Assembly: GCA_965223415.1 (NCBI GenBank)
Contig: OZ245002.1
Coordinates: 288,001-352,000, forward strand
Direction of reading: 5' to 3'
DNA from: Myxococcota bacterium
Lineage (GTDB): Bacteria; Myxococcota_A; UBA9160; UBA6930
DNA: 64,000 bases
Each line of letters begins with the position of its first letter. Position 1 is the first letter of the stretch. The position numbers and the translations under genes are program-made. Below are positions 18,916-28,502 of the stretch, piece after piece. Under the pieces are notes generated by a model that was not told where the DNA came from, ran no database searches, and was given only the letters and a program-made list of their open reading frames with translations.

Positions 18916-19719
18916 TCAGCGCAGCAGGGCGTCCTGGACGAAGGAGGCGACCAGTCGGCCGTCCCCGCGGAAGACGTTCGCGCGACCGTGGGCACGGCCG
19001 CGGCCGGCCCAGGTGCTCTCGTGGGCGATCAGGTGCCAAGCGTCGAGATCGATGGGATCGTGGAACGAGAGGGTATGGGCGACGACGCCGGTCTGCAGGC
19101 TGCGGTGGGCCTGGGCCTGGCCCACGCCGGCGTGGGGGCGCATGGCCGTCGCGATCAGATGGCCGTCGGTGGCATCCGCCAGCAGGGCCTGGTGCAGGCA
19201 CAGCTCCTTCGGCAGGCCGGGGCTGCGGAACCAGAGCGGGTACTCCGGCGGCCCGGTGAGCTCCGGATCGTCGACGTCCACGTCGCCCACCACCCGGAGC
19301 TCGCCGGGGGCGAGCAGGCTCTCAGGGCGCGGTGCCGAGGCTCCGGGGCCCGGCACCTCGGGCATTCGCGTCGCGTGGCGGATCCGATCCGGCTCCGGCG
19401 CGCTGGTGAGCACCGTCGCATGGGCGCAGCCGCGCTCGCCCTGGGCGACGCGGATCGTGAGGCTGCCGAAGCTGCGGCCCACGTGGAGCGGCTCCACCTG
19501 GAGCTCCAGCTCCCGCTCGGGGCTCGCCGCCCGGGCGAAGACGACATGAACGGTCTTCACCTCCTGCTCCGGAACGCTGCGCGCCGCCGCGACGACCACC
19601 TGGGCGAGGATCTGCCCCCCGAACACCATCGGGCCGCCGGTCTCGACGCTGCGCGCGCGGTAGCCGGCGGCGGTCTCCTCGAGATCGAGCACCTCGAGCA
19701 GGTCCTTCGCGCTCCCCAC
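18916..19719 (-). CDS. Acyl-CoA thioesterase II (TesB-like, double hotdog)
   Basis: VFGGQILAQ, HVGRSF, DGRLVASFVQDAL. Confidence 0.85.
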   Translation of the reverse strand: MGSAKDLLEVLDLEETAAGYRARSVETGGPMVFGGQILAQVVVAAARSVPEQEVKTVHVVFARAASPERELELQVEPLHVGRSFGSLTIRVAQGERGCAHATVLTSAPEPDRIRHATRMPEVPGPGASAPRPESLLAPGELRVVGDVDVDDPELTGPPEYPLWFRSPGLPKELCLHQALLADATDGHLIATAMRPHAGVGQAQAHRSLQTGVVAHTLSFHDPIDLDAWHLIAHESTWAGRGRAHGRANVFRGDGRLVASFVQDALLR

Positions 19720-20225
19720 TAGCGCTCCTTCCAGAACCGCTGCCAGCTCTCCCAGCGCTCCGGCAGCTCGCCCTTGCCCGTATGGTGCTCGGGCCAGTTG
19801 GCCGGCGGCAGCTCGAGGGGGTTCTCGCCCGGGTAGCTGCCCCAGAAGAGATGGTGCTTTCGCCGCACGAAGAGCCAGTGGCCGTCGCGCCGCGCGTAGG
19901 CGTCCTCGTAGCCGATGCGCTGCTCGAACATGCGCTTGCCGTCCTGGATCTCGGCGCGGCAGTGGACGAAGCCGGTCGCCCGGTCGTCGTCCTGGAGATC
20001 GATCACGTGCCCGCCCACCAACAAGAACGACATGCCGACCTGCCGCAGCTGGGCGTCGAAACTCTCGCGCAGCGCATCGCGGCCGAAGCGGTCGCGGCCG
20101 ACCTGTACGTCGTCGACGAAGAGGGCGACGAGCGCGTCGAGATCCCGGGCGTCGAGGGCGAGCGCATAGCGATGGGCGAGCTGGCGGATCTCCTCGTAGG
20201 CCAGGAGGCGCTGCACGTCGTCCAT
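19719..20225 (-). CDS. SnoaL/NTF2-like (SnoaL_4) protein
   Basis: EEIRQLAHRYALALDARD, YEDAYARRDGHWLF. Confidence 0.85.
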   Translation of the reverse strand: MDDVQRLLAYEEIRQLAHRYALALDARDLDALVALFVDDVQVGRDRFGRDALRESFDAQLRQVGMSFLLVGGHVIDLQDDDRATGFVHCRAEIQDGKRMFEQRIGYEDAYARRDGHWLFVRRKHHLFWGSYPGENPLELPPANWPEHHTGKGELPERWESWQRFWKER

Positions 20226-20250
20226 GGCGGCGGAAGCTAGCACGAGCGGG

Positions 20251-21405
20251 TCACTCGCCTGCGAAGAGCGCGTCGACCTGCTCCCACAACGGCTCGAGCT
20301 CGACGACCCGGCCCTCGTCGAGCGCGCGGTCGATGGCCAGGCACGAGACGGTGGACGCGAGGCCCTCGCGGAAGCCGGCGGCGGGCATCCCCTGGCCGAG
20401 CATGCAGGCGGCGAGCTCGTCGGCCAGGACGGCGTCGCCGCCGCCGTGGCGATCGGGCGAGGTGGCACCCAGCCGCTCGGTCTCCACGTCGAAGCCGATG
20501 CGCCGCAACTCGACGGTTCCTTCCACCAGATCGGCGCGGATCGCGCCTTCGGTTCCGCACAGCAGCATCCGGCGCTCCGGAATGCCGGCATTGCAGTTGG
20601 TGTGGAAAGTGCCGCGGGCGCCGCTCTCGAACTCGAAGATCACCACCTGGTTGTCGACGATGTCCTTCTCCGCGGTGAAGGGGTGCTCGCCCACCAGAGA
20701 GGGCCAGGTCCGATAGGCCTCGCGCCCGTGGCGATCGCGGCCGATCCGCTCCGCCAGCGATGCGTTCTCGGGCGTGAAGACGTCGAGGCCGCCGAAGGAC
20801 GCCACCCGCCGCGGCCGCGAGCCGGTCATCCAGTGGGCCAGGTCCACGTCGTGACAGCACTTCTCGAGCAGGTGGGTGCCCGCCTGGCTCCGCAGCCGGC
20901 GCCAGTCCCCCATGATGTAGCCGCCGTGGCTGAAGTCGAGAGTCTCGTTCTGCTCGAAGCTCACCAGGCGACCGATGGCGCCGCCGGCGACGCGCTCGCG
21001 AATGCCGCGGTAGTGCTCCGCGAAACGCAGGGTGAAGCCGGTGGCGAGGTGGCGATCGCTGGCGCGCCAGGCCCGGGCTAGCTCGAGCGCATCTTCGAGG
21101 GTCGTGGCCAGGGGCTTCTGGCAGAAGACGTGCTTGCCGGCGCGCAGGGCGTCCCGGGCCTGGGCGGCGTGGAAACGGTTCCAGGAGGCGATCATCACCC
21201 AGTCGACGGCGGGGTCCGCGAGCAGGGCCTCGTGACCGGGGTGGACCCGGGGCGCGCCCTCGAAGCTGGCGCGGGTCGCCTCGACCGAGCGCGGGTCGGG
21301 ATCGCAGAGGGCCACCACCGCCAGCCGCTCGTCCCGATCGCTGACCAGCTTCGCCAGCACGCGTCCCATCACGCCGCAGCCGATCAAGCCGATTCCCACC
21401 TTCAT
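20251..21405 (-). CDS. Gfo/Idh/MocA family oxidoreductase
   Basis: GLIGCGVMG, GKHVFCQKPL, EKCCHDVD, HGGGD. Confidence 0.9.
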   Translation of the reverse strand: MKVGIGLIGCGVMGRVLAKLVSDRDERLAVVALCDPDPRSVEATRASFEGAPRVHPGHEALLADPAVDWVMIASWNRFHAAQARDALRAGKHVFCQKPLATTLEDALELARAWRASDRHLATGFTLRFAEHYRGIRERVAGGAIGRLVSFEQNETLDFSHGGYIMGDWRRLRSQAGTHLLEKCCHDVDLAHWMTGSRPRRVASFGGLDVFTPENASLAERIGRDRHGREAYRTWPSLVGEHPFTAEKDIVDNQVVIFEFESGARGTFHTNCNAGIPERRMLLCGTEGAIRADLVEGTVELRRIGFDVETERLGATSPDRHGGGDAVLADELAACMLGQGMPAAGFREGLASTVSCLAIDRALDEGRVVELEPLWEQVDALFAGE

Positions 21406-21538
21406 GGACCTGCCTCCATGGCGAAGGGTTGCGCATTCCGTAGGATGAAGCGCGACGGGGGTCGGTCCCTCGCTCGTTCCAACCGTCTGTAGGGGCATTC
21501 CCTCGCGACCGCCGATTCCGACCGCGCTGGCACCGAGC

Positions 21539-22603
21539 GTGCCGGTCGCCTCGCTCTCTCCGACGCGGGTCACCCGCGAGTTCCTGGCGCGGCTCGATGA
21601 CGGCGCCCGGCTGGTGTGCTCCGGCAGCACGCGCAAGCGCCCGCGCCGGCTGCTCACCCTGGGCTACGTGCCGCGCTTCCGGATCGAGCTGTTCGGCACC
21701 CACTACTACCTGACGCGGGTCCGCCAGAACGAGGACATCCGCTTCTTCGTCGCGTACATGGTGGTGGCCGGCGCGCCGCGGCGGATCTACCCGCGGATCT
21801 TCTACAAGGACATCTCGCTGGTGTGGCGTTCCGCCTCGCACTACGTGCGGTCGGAGAACGAGAATTGGATCGGCAAGGGCGACGTGCACGTCGTCTCCCA
21901 GGACGGCGAAGAGCAGGTGGAATCCGCCGAAGAGACGACGGACCTTCCCCTCGAGATCCAGACGGCGCTCGAGGAGCTGAGCAGCGCGGCCCGCAGGATC
22001 CCCTACGACGACGACGCGGTGGCGCGCATCTTGCGCCGGGGTGGGGACGATCGCATCGAGCCCTTCGAGGACTTCCTGGCGCCGCGCCGGCGCGCCCAGG
22101 CCGATCCCCGCAATCGGGTGAACGGCGGACGGCCGATCGCCCGCTTCCGGCGCCGGAACGATCCGGGCTCCCTTCACTTCGTGGCCGGCTTCGAGCCGGA
22201 CTTCCGCGGTGGCATTCTCGAGCGCAGCCGGTCGAAGAGCAAGATGTACCACGGGCTGCTGCGGCGCTTGCGCATCGCCTCGCGAAACCGCCAGGTTCAG
22301 TACCTGTTCTTCGCCGGCCGCAAGCAGGTGTGGATCGGCGCCCTCCAGGCCACCACCACCGAGCTCTCGAGCTTCGGGCTGCGCACTGTGGACGTGGCGG
22401 CGCCAGAGGAGCTCCTGCTGCCGGGCTACGAGTACCACTTCCTCGACGAGAGCGAGGACCCGCCGGTCTTCGTCAGCCAGATCCCGAAGGGCTTCGCGGG
22501 CCCCAGCAGCCAGGTCGACCCGGTCCGCGCCGACGCCTCCCCCTGGCTCGACCGCGTCCCCGTCATCCGCGCCTTCCGCCGCGAAGTCCTCCACCGCCCC
22601 TAG
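21539..22603 (+). CDS. Hypothetical protein
   Basis: 354-aa ORF with host-like codon usage, aromatic-rich; no family recognised; start uncertain. Confidence 0.7.
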   Translation: MPVASLSPTRVTREFLARLDDGARLVCSGSTRKRPRRLLTLGYVPRFRIELFGTHYYLTRVRQNEDIRFFVAYMVVAGAPRRIYPRIFYKDISLVWRSASHYVRSENENWIGKGDVHVVSQDGEEQVESAEETTDLPLEIQTALEELSSAARRIPYDDDAVARILRRGGDDRIEPFEDFLAPRRRAQADPRNRVNGGRPIARFRRRNDPGSLHFVAGFEPDFRGGILERSRSKSKMYHGLLRRLRIASRNRQVQYLFFAGRKQVWIGALQATTTELSSFGLRTVDVAAPEELLLPGYEYHFLDESEDPPVFVSQIPKGFAGPSSQVDPVRADASPWLDRVPVIRAFRREVLHRP

Positions 22604-22606
22604 CAA

Positions 22607-22680
22607 AACGCAAGAGCGGGGACGTTCCTTGCATCTTTCACAATTGTGAAAGATGCAAGGAACGTCCCCGCTCTTGCGTT
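22607..22680. repeat. REPIN-like perfect 74-bp palindrome
   Basis: AACGCAAGAGCGGGGACGTTCCTTGCATCTTTCACAA followed directly by its exact reverse complement; between convergent genes. Confidence 0.92.
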
Positions 22681-23683
22681 AGGGCTGGAGGAGGACCTTG
22701 CCGGTATGGGCGCCGGAGAAGAGGGCGAGGAGCGCCGCTGGGAATCGGTCGAGGCCCTTCTCGACGTGCTCGTGGAGCGAGAGGTCGCCGGCGCGGAGCC
22801 AGGCGGCGAGCTGGGCTTCGGCTTCCGGGAAGCGCTCGGCGAAGTGAGTGACGGCGAAGCCCTCCATGCGGGCGTGGCGCTCGGCCAGACGCAGGTAGAG
22901 GCTCGGGCCGCGCACGGCGTCCATGTTCTGGTACTGGGAGATGGCGCCGCAGATCACGATGCGGCCGCGCTCGCGGATCTGGTCGAGGGCGACGTCGAGG
23001 ATCTCACCCCCCACGTTGTCGAAGAAGACGTCGATCCCGTCGGGCGCCAGCTCGCGCAGCCGGGCGTCCACGTCCTCGCCCTTGTAGTCGATGCCGGCGT
23101 CCAGGCCGAGCTCGCCCTCGAGAAAGCGCACCTTCTCGGGCCCACCGGCGACGCCGATCACTCGCGCCCCCTCGAGGCGCGCGATCTGGGCCGCCATGGA
23201 GCCCACCGCGCCGGCCGCCGCCGAGACCAGCACCGTGTCCCCGGATCGAGCGGCGCCAACCTCGCGAATGCCGAAGTAGGCGGTGACCCCCGTCGTGAGC
23301 CCCACCGCCCCGAGCCAGGCCGTGAGGGGGGCCTGCGAGAGGTCGAGCTTGCGGAGCAGGAAGGGCGGCACGACGGCGTGGCTCTGGGCCCCGAGCGGCC
23401 CACTCACCGGGTCGCCGGCCGCGAGGCCCTCCGCCCGGCTCTCCACCACGCGCCCCACGCCGATGGCTCCGACGGTGCCGCCGACCGGCACCGACGGGTG
23501 GTAGCTGTCCTCGTTCAGGGTCGTGCGGATGAAGGCGTCGATCGAGAGGGTGTCGACGGCCACCCGGACCTGCCCGTCGGGCAGCTCCGGCTGCGGCCCC
23601 TCCTCCAGGCGGAAGTCCTCGGGCGCCGGCATCCCGCCGGGCCGCCGCACCAGTGCGATGCGGCGGTGGGTCGCGTCGGCCAT
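22679..23683 (-). CDS. NADP-dependent oxidoreductase (MDR, prostaglandin reductase/CurA-like)
   Basis: VSAAAGAVGS, GIDVFFDNVGG, ICGAISQY, GKVLL. Confidence 0.9.
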   Translation of the reverse strand: MADATHRRIALVRRPGGMPAPEDFRLEEGPQPELPDGQVRVAVDTLSIDAFIRTTLNEDSYHPSVPVGGTVGAIGVGRVVESRAEGLAAGDPVSGPLGAQSHAVVPPFLLRKLDLSQAPLTAWLGAVGLTTGVTAYFGIREVGAARSGDTVLVSAAAGAVGSMAAQIARLEGARVIGVAGGPEKVRFLEGELGLDAGIDYKGEDVDARLRELAPDGIDVFFDNVGGEILDVALDQIRERGRIVICGAISQYQNMDAVRGPSLYLRLAERHARMEGFAVTHFAERFPEAEAQLAAWLRAGDLSLHEHVEKGLDRFPAALLALFSGAHTGKVLLQP

Positions 23684-23685
23684 CC

Positions 23686-24444
23686 CTACTGACCGCCGGA
23701 GACGTTGATCGTCTGGCCGGTCACCCAGCTTCCGGCCCGGGAGGTCAGGTAGAGCACCGCGGCTCCGAGATCCTCGGGCGTGCCGAGACGTCCGGCAGGC
23801 AGCCGCAGCGCGTGCTCGAGCTTCGGGATGTCCTTCTCCTCGAGCCGCAGCGCCTGCATCATGATCTCCGTCGGCACCGCGCCGGGCATGATCCCGTTGA
23901 CGCGGATCCGCGGGCCGAGCTCCTGGGCGAAGGTGCGGGTGAGCATGTTCACGCCGGCCTTGGCCGCCGAGTAGTGGCCGCTGCCGGGCACGACCATCTC
24001 CGCGGCGCGGGAGGAGATGTTGACGACGCGCCCGCCGTCCTCCATGTGGGCGGCGGCCACCCGCGTCCCCACCCACACGCCGGTGAGGTTGAGGAGCATC
24101 GTCGCATCCCACTCCTCCCTCGGGATGTCGACCAGCGGCGCCTGGATCGGCGAGCCGCCCGCGTTGTTGACCCAGATGTCCAGCCGCCCGAAGGCCTCGA
24201 TGGCGCCCTTGGCCAGGGCCTCCACCGCCGCGTCGTCAGTGACGTCGGTGGTGAGCGCCAGGGCCTGGCCGCCGTCGTCGCGGATCGAGGCGGCGACGCG
24301 CTCGATCTCCGTGGTTCGCCGGGCGGCACACACCACCGCCGCGCCGGCCCCTGCCAGCACCCGGGCAATGCCCTCGCCGATGCCGCGCCCAGCACCGGTC
24401 ACCACGGCCACTTCTCCGGAGAGGTCGAATAGGGAATCGCTCAT
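23686..24444 (-). CDS. Short-chain dehydrogenase/reductase
   Basis: TGAGRGIG, NNAGG, YSAAK. Confidence 0.9.
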   Translation of the reverse strand: MSDSLFDLSGEVAVVTGAGRGIGEGIARVLAGAGAAVVCAARRTTEIERVAASIRDDGGQALALTTDVTDDAAVEALAKGAIEAFGRLDIWVNNAGGSPIQAPLVDIPREEWDATMLLNLTGVWVGTRVAAAHMEDGGRVVNISSRAAEMVVPGSGHYSAAKAGVNMLTRTFAQELGPRIRVNGIMPGAVPTEIMMQALRLEEKDIPKLEHALRLPAGRLGTPEDLGAAVLYLTSRAGSWVTGQTINVSGGQ

Positions 24445-24455
24445 GGCGGGGGAGG

Positions 24456-25475
24456 CTACCACTCTTCCCGCACGACGTAGAACAGGCAGTCGCTGGCCGC
24501 GATCGCGGGGTCGGTGGTGATCATGATCGGGACGATCGGCCGCCGCGTGCGCAGCACGCCGTCCTCGATCCGGAAGTAGAAGGAAGCGCGGTCGCGGCCG
24601 TCTTCGTCGATCAGCTCGAGGGGCCATCCCTCGCCGCGCGCGTACCCGAGGACGGTTCCCGGCGGGATGCGCTCGAAGTTGTGGCGATCCAGGTCCGCCA
24701 GGATCGCCAGGTCCGCCCCGCAGTCGCCGTCCTCTTCCTCCACCACGGCCAATCGGACGCCTTCCCTCGCCCGGACCCGCATCGGCGTCGTGAGCACCTG
24801 GACCTCGGGACGCCGCCCGGGCTCCACCACGTGATCGCTCTCCAGGAAGCGCCGCAGCCCCGCCAGCGCCACGGCGTCGGCGGCCGGATCGCCGCTGCGA
24901 CCGACCTCGATCGTCGCAGCCGGGAAGTCCCGCAGCGCCTCCATCAACGCGCCCAGGGTGAGGTGGCTCCACACGAAGCGGCTCCCGAACGGCTCGACGA
25001 GCTGGAGGGCCTCGGGCGTCGGCTCGACGCCCACCCCATAGGGCGGGTTGTGGCCCGTGTTGTTGTGCAGGTCGATGAGCGCCTCCGGCGGCCGCTCGCG
25101 GATCGCGTCCAGGATGGCGCGGGCCAGGCGGCCGTCGGCGTCGTCCCAGGGCCCGAGGAAGCAGCGGTTGAGATCGCGGCGGCCCGGCAGGGCCCGGTGG
25201 GCGAAGCCCGGCCCGGCCAGGGCCGCCTCCACGTTCGCGACGACGAGGAGCGTGTCCACCGCAGGCTCGCGCCCCTCCCGCAGCCAGCGGTGGACGGCGC
25301 GCACCCCGGACGGCTCGTTGCCGTGCAGGAGGGTCGTCACGACACGGGTGAAGCGGCGGTCGCGCCCGGGCAGGGAGATCGCGACCGGCCCGCCGAGCTC
25401 GCCGAGGAAGGCGAAGATGTCCGGAGGGAGCTCCGCGCCGGTCGGGCTCTCCCAGCGACGCAGCACCGCACTCAC
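24456..25475 (-). CDS. Succinylglutamate desuccinylase/aspartoacylase (M14-like zinc deacylase)
   Basis: LHGNEPSG, RDLNRCF, IDLHNNTG, TIEVG; GTGA overlap with the upstream ligase. Confidence 0.85.
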   Translation of the reverse strand: MSAVLRRWESPTGAELPPDIFAFLGELGGPVAISLPGRDRRFTRVVTTLLHGNEPSGVRAVHRWLREGREPAVDTLLVVANVEAALAGPGFAHRALPGRRDLNRCFLGPWDDADGRLARAILDAIRERPPEALIDLHNNTGHNPPYGVGVEPTPEALQLVEPFGSRFVWSHLTLGALMEALRDFPAATIEVGRSGDPAADAVALAGLRRFLESDHVVEPGRRPEVQVLTTPMRVRAREGVRLAVVEEEDGDCGADLAILADLDRHNFERIPPGTVLGYARGEGWPLELIDEDGRDRASFYFRIEDGVLRTRRPIVPIMITTDPAIAASDCLFYVVREEW

Positions 25476-26956
25476 GGCCGGGGCTCCGGCCAGCTCGCCA
25501 CGGGCTCGCCCTCCGCCGAGTGCTCCCGGTAGGCCCGGAACACCTCGGTCAGCGCCTCGCCCCGGGGCCGCGAGACGCCGGCGGCGACCAGCGCCTTGCG
25601 CTGCCACACGGCGCCGGTCTGGCCGCCGCGCACGCGACGCTCGAAGACCTCGAGCCACGGTGCCGAATCGCTCCGCTCCACGCCGGCCGCGTCGAGACCC
25701 TCCTGGGCCCGCGGCAGGAGCGCCTCGAGCACGGCGGGAGCCCGGGCCTCGCGCTGCGGCGCACCGGGCTCGGCCAGCCCGACCAGCAGGGCGGCCAGCC
25801 CGTCCCGCGCCGCACGATAGAAGTCCCGGTGGACCTCGTCGAAGGAGAGCCTCCCGGTCGGGCTCCCCATCTCCGGCGCCAACGAGAGCGCGAGACCGAT
25901 GTAGAAGGCGGTGTTCGCGATCATGTCCGCCAACGTCGGGCCGGCTGGTAGCGCCCGCATCTCGATCCGCAGGTGGCCTCCCTCGGCGGGATCGAAGATC
26001 GCCCGGTTCCAGCGCCAGACGGTGCCCTGGTGCAGCCGCAGCTCGCGAAGCGCGGGCACCCGGCCGGCCGCCAGCGCTGCCTCCGGATCCTCCCCGTCCA
26101 TCACCGGCAGCAGCACCGCGTGGTGGTGCACGTTCTCGCGGAAGAGCTCGAGGGCGCCTTGGATCCAGCCGCTGCCGAAGGAGACCCGGGCGGGCTCGCC
26201 GGCCCGGCCGCGCTCGGGGCGGTGGTCCACCGCCTGCTTGAAGAGCGCCACCCGCGTCTCGTCCCACAGCCGCTTGCCGAGAAAGGTGGGCGAGTTCCCC
26301 GAGGCGGCGAGAACGGCCGGTGTCGCCAGCTGCACGGCGTTGTAGACGGCGGCGAAGTCCTCCGGGGCCACCCGCAGATGGAGCTGGAGCGAGGTGGCGG
26401 CGCCCTCGTAGGTCACGTCCCGACAGCGCACCCGCAGCTCGTCCTCACCCTGGATCTGCAGCAGGAACGGCTCCTGGCGCAGCTGCCGCAGGCTGGCCGA
26501 GAGCGCCCGGTAGCGCGACGCATCGGTCATCGCGTGGCTCTCCAGGTCCCTCTCCGTCAGGGTGGGGAGGATGCCGATCATGGCCACCTGCGCGCCGTGC
26601 AGGCCCGCGGCGCGGCGCATCTCGGCGAGAGCGTCCCGCATCTCGCCGGCAAGGAACGCGAAGGGCCGGCCGGCCAGCGGCCCCGGCCGCAGGTTCGACT
26701 CGAGATTGAAGCGATCGAGCTCGACGGTGAGCCTCGGGTCGACGCTCTCGGCGAGCACGTCCTCGTTCACGTGTAGCGGAGAGCCGGCGTCGTCGACCAG
26801 CGAGACCTCCAGCTCGGCCCCCAGGGAGCGCGCACCGTGGCCGAAGCCCGGACGCGCGAGCAGCCGCTCCAGCACCGAGAGGGAGACGCCGAGTCGCGAG
26901 GCGAAGACACGGTAGGTCTCCGCGTCGAAGGTCTCTCGATCGATCTCCAGCCCCAT
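25472..26956 (-). CDS. Glutamate-cysteine ligase family 2 (carboxylate-amine ligase)
   Basis: GAELE, ELDRFNLE, SLQLHL, NSP, HQGTVWRWNR, RIEMR. Confidence 0.85.
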   Translation of the reverse strand: MGLEIDRETFDAETYRVFASRLGVSLSVLERLLARPGFGHGARSLGAELEVSLVDDAGSPLHVNEDVLAESVDPRLTVELDRFNLESNLRPGPLAGRPFAFLAGEMRDALAEMRRAAGLHGAQVAMIGILPTLTERDLESHAMTDASRYRALSASLRQLRQEPFLLQIQGEDELRVRCRDVTYEGAATSLQLHLRVAPEDFAAVYNAVQLATPAVLAASGNSPTFLGKRLWDETRVALFKQAVDHRPERGRAGEPARVSFGSGWIQGALELFRENVHHHAVLLPVMDGEDPEAALAAGRVPALRELRLHQGTVWRWNRAIFDPAEGGHLRIEMRALPAGPTLADMIANTAFYIGLALSLAPEMGSPTGRLSFDEVHRDFYRAARDGLAALLVGLAEPGAPQREARAPAVLEALLPRAQEGLDAAGVERSDSAPWLEVFERRVRGGQTGAVWQRKALVAAGVSRPRGEALTEVFRAYREHSAEGEPVASWPEPRP

Positions 26957-26981
26957 GGCCGCGGGAGGGTAGCCGCCGGCT

Positions 26982-27371
26982 TCAGGGCGTCGCGCCGTCC
27001 AGCGCACCCCGGATCCTGCGCGCCCACAGCACGAAGGACGGCACGGCGATGCACGCGACGGCGGCGGTGGAGAGGATGGGCTCGGGCGTCCCGCGAAGGC
27101 TGTGGACCAGGTAGATCAGGGCGATCGTCACGACCGACGGAACCACCACGGCGGTCGCCAGCACCGGCCCGCGCGCCCCGGGCCGCGCCGCCAGGCGGGC
27201 GCACACCTGCATGATCAGCCCGCCGAAGAAGAACGTGTAGATCGCCTGCTTCCCCGCCGAGGTGGCCGCCGCCACGGCCCCGTGCGAGCCGTTGATCAGC
27301 GCGACGAGGCTGCCCATGACGAGGGCCCCGCCGGCGCCGGCGCGGGGGTCGAACCAGCTCGGTGTCTTCAC
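26982..27371 (-). CDS. Small integral membrane protein (about 4 TM)
   Basis: Hydrophobic 129-aa ORF, KQAIYTFFFGG motif. Confidence 0.65.
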   Translation of the reverse strand: MKTPSWFDPRAGAGGALVMGSLVALINGSHGAVAAATSAGKQAIYTFFFGGLIMQVCARLAARPGARGPVLATAVVVPSVVTIALIYLVHSLRGTPEPILSTAAVACIAVPSFVLWARRIRGALDGATP

Positions 27372-27428
27372 GGGCGCTCCATCGGGAGCACACTCTGCGC
27401 GATCCCGAGGGCTCGCGCACGACGGGGA

Positions 27429-28349
27429 TCAGGCCCGCCGCTTGCGGGAGGCCAACGCCGCAATGGCCAGCAGGAGCAGGCCCCGGGGCTCCGGCACGGC
27501 CAAGGTCCAGCCCACGTCGGCCAGCCCGGCCAGGTCGAGCTCGGTCAGGGGCTTGCGGACGCCCCGGAAGAGGGTCGGGTCCATGGCGGCCTCGCTGAGC
27601 CGTGTGCCGACCCAGCTCGCCGTGCCTTCGGCCCAATGGGCGCCGCCCGGGGCCAGGCACGGACTCCCGCCCAAGGCCGACGCCGCGACGCCGCCGAAGG
27701 CGAGGCCGCTCGCGCAGGCGGCCGAGGGCACGACCTGCCGCTTCCAGGAGTCGGACACGCCCAGGCCCAGCACGTGGCCGAGCTCGTGGAGGGCGACCGA
27801 GAGGAAGTCGTAGCTGCCGGCGGTAGGCGAACCCGCTCCCAGGTACCAGGACGTCGCCAGGTCGAAGGCGATGGAGCCGCCCCAGGGCCCGAAGTCCCGG
27901 GCGAAGGGCCCCTGGGTCGTGCCCTGCCCTCGGGTCGCGACCTGGCTCACGAAGCGGCCCGTGCCGAAGGCCGAGAAGCCTCCGAAGCCACCGAAGCCGA
28001 GGTGCCCGCCCAGGTTCCGAGCGCCGACGAAGACGATCAGCGAATCGGCGGGAACGACAGGATCGACCCAGCGGGTCAGACCGCCGGTCGCCGGGTTCAC
28101 GAAGCTGGCCGTCCAGGTGTTGGGGCCGCCCGGCGCGATGGCGTCGAGATCATCCGTGAGGAGCCCCGAGAAGAAGCGCGCCGCGTCGTCGAGCCGGGCG
28201 CGGGCGGCGCTGCCCGTCGCAGTCGCGGGATCGAACAGGCCGCTCGTGTCGTACGAGTAGTCGAAGAGGATCGCGACCGCCGACGCCGGAGACGCGGCGA
28301 AGAGCAGGAGCATCGCCACCGCGATCGCCCCTCCACGCATCCTGCCCAT
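27429..28349 (-). CDS. PEP-CTERM-sorted zinc metalloprotease-like (matrixin) protein
   Basis: Signal peptide; HELGHVLG (HExxH); C-terminal VPEP + TM + RKRR. Confidence 0.85.
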   Translation of the reverse strand: MGRMRGGAIAVAMLLLFAASPASAVAILFDYSYDTSGLFDPATATGSAARARLDDAARFFSGLLTDDLDAIAPGGPNTWTASFVNPATGGLTRWVDPVVPADSLIVFVGARNLGGHLGFGGFGGFSAFGTGRFVSQVATRGQGTTQGPFARDFGPWGGSIAFDLATSWYLGAGSPTAGSYDFLSVALHELGHVLGLGVSDSWKRQVVPSAACASGLAFGGVAASALGGSPCLAPGGAHWAEGTASWVGTRLSEAAMDPTLFRGVRKPLTELDLAGLADVGWTLAVPEPRGLLLLAIAALASRKRRA

Positions 28350-28502
28350 CGCTCGCCCCCTCCGCCTCCCGTTCGTGACGTGCGCATCGACGGCCCGAAC
28401 CGGTGCCGAACGTGAGCCCGTGCACACCCCGCCGCGGATGCAAGCGCCGCTGCCCCGGGCCTGCGCGAGACCTGCGCGCCGGCTGCCTGGAAGCTGCCGG
28501 AC

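Noticed and set aside
24453..24458. TAGCCT -10 box before the SDR at 24444
   Set aside because: The TAG is the stop codon of the upstream gene, so it was not counted as independent evidence for leaderless initiation.
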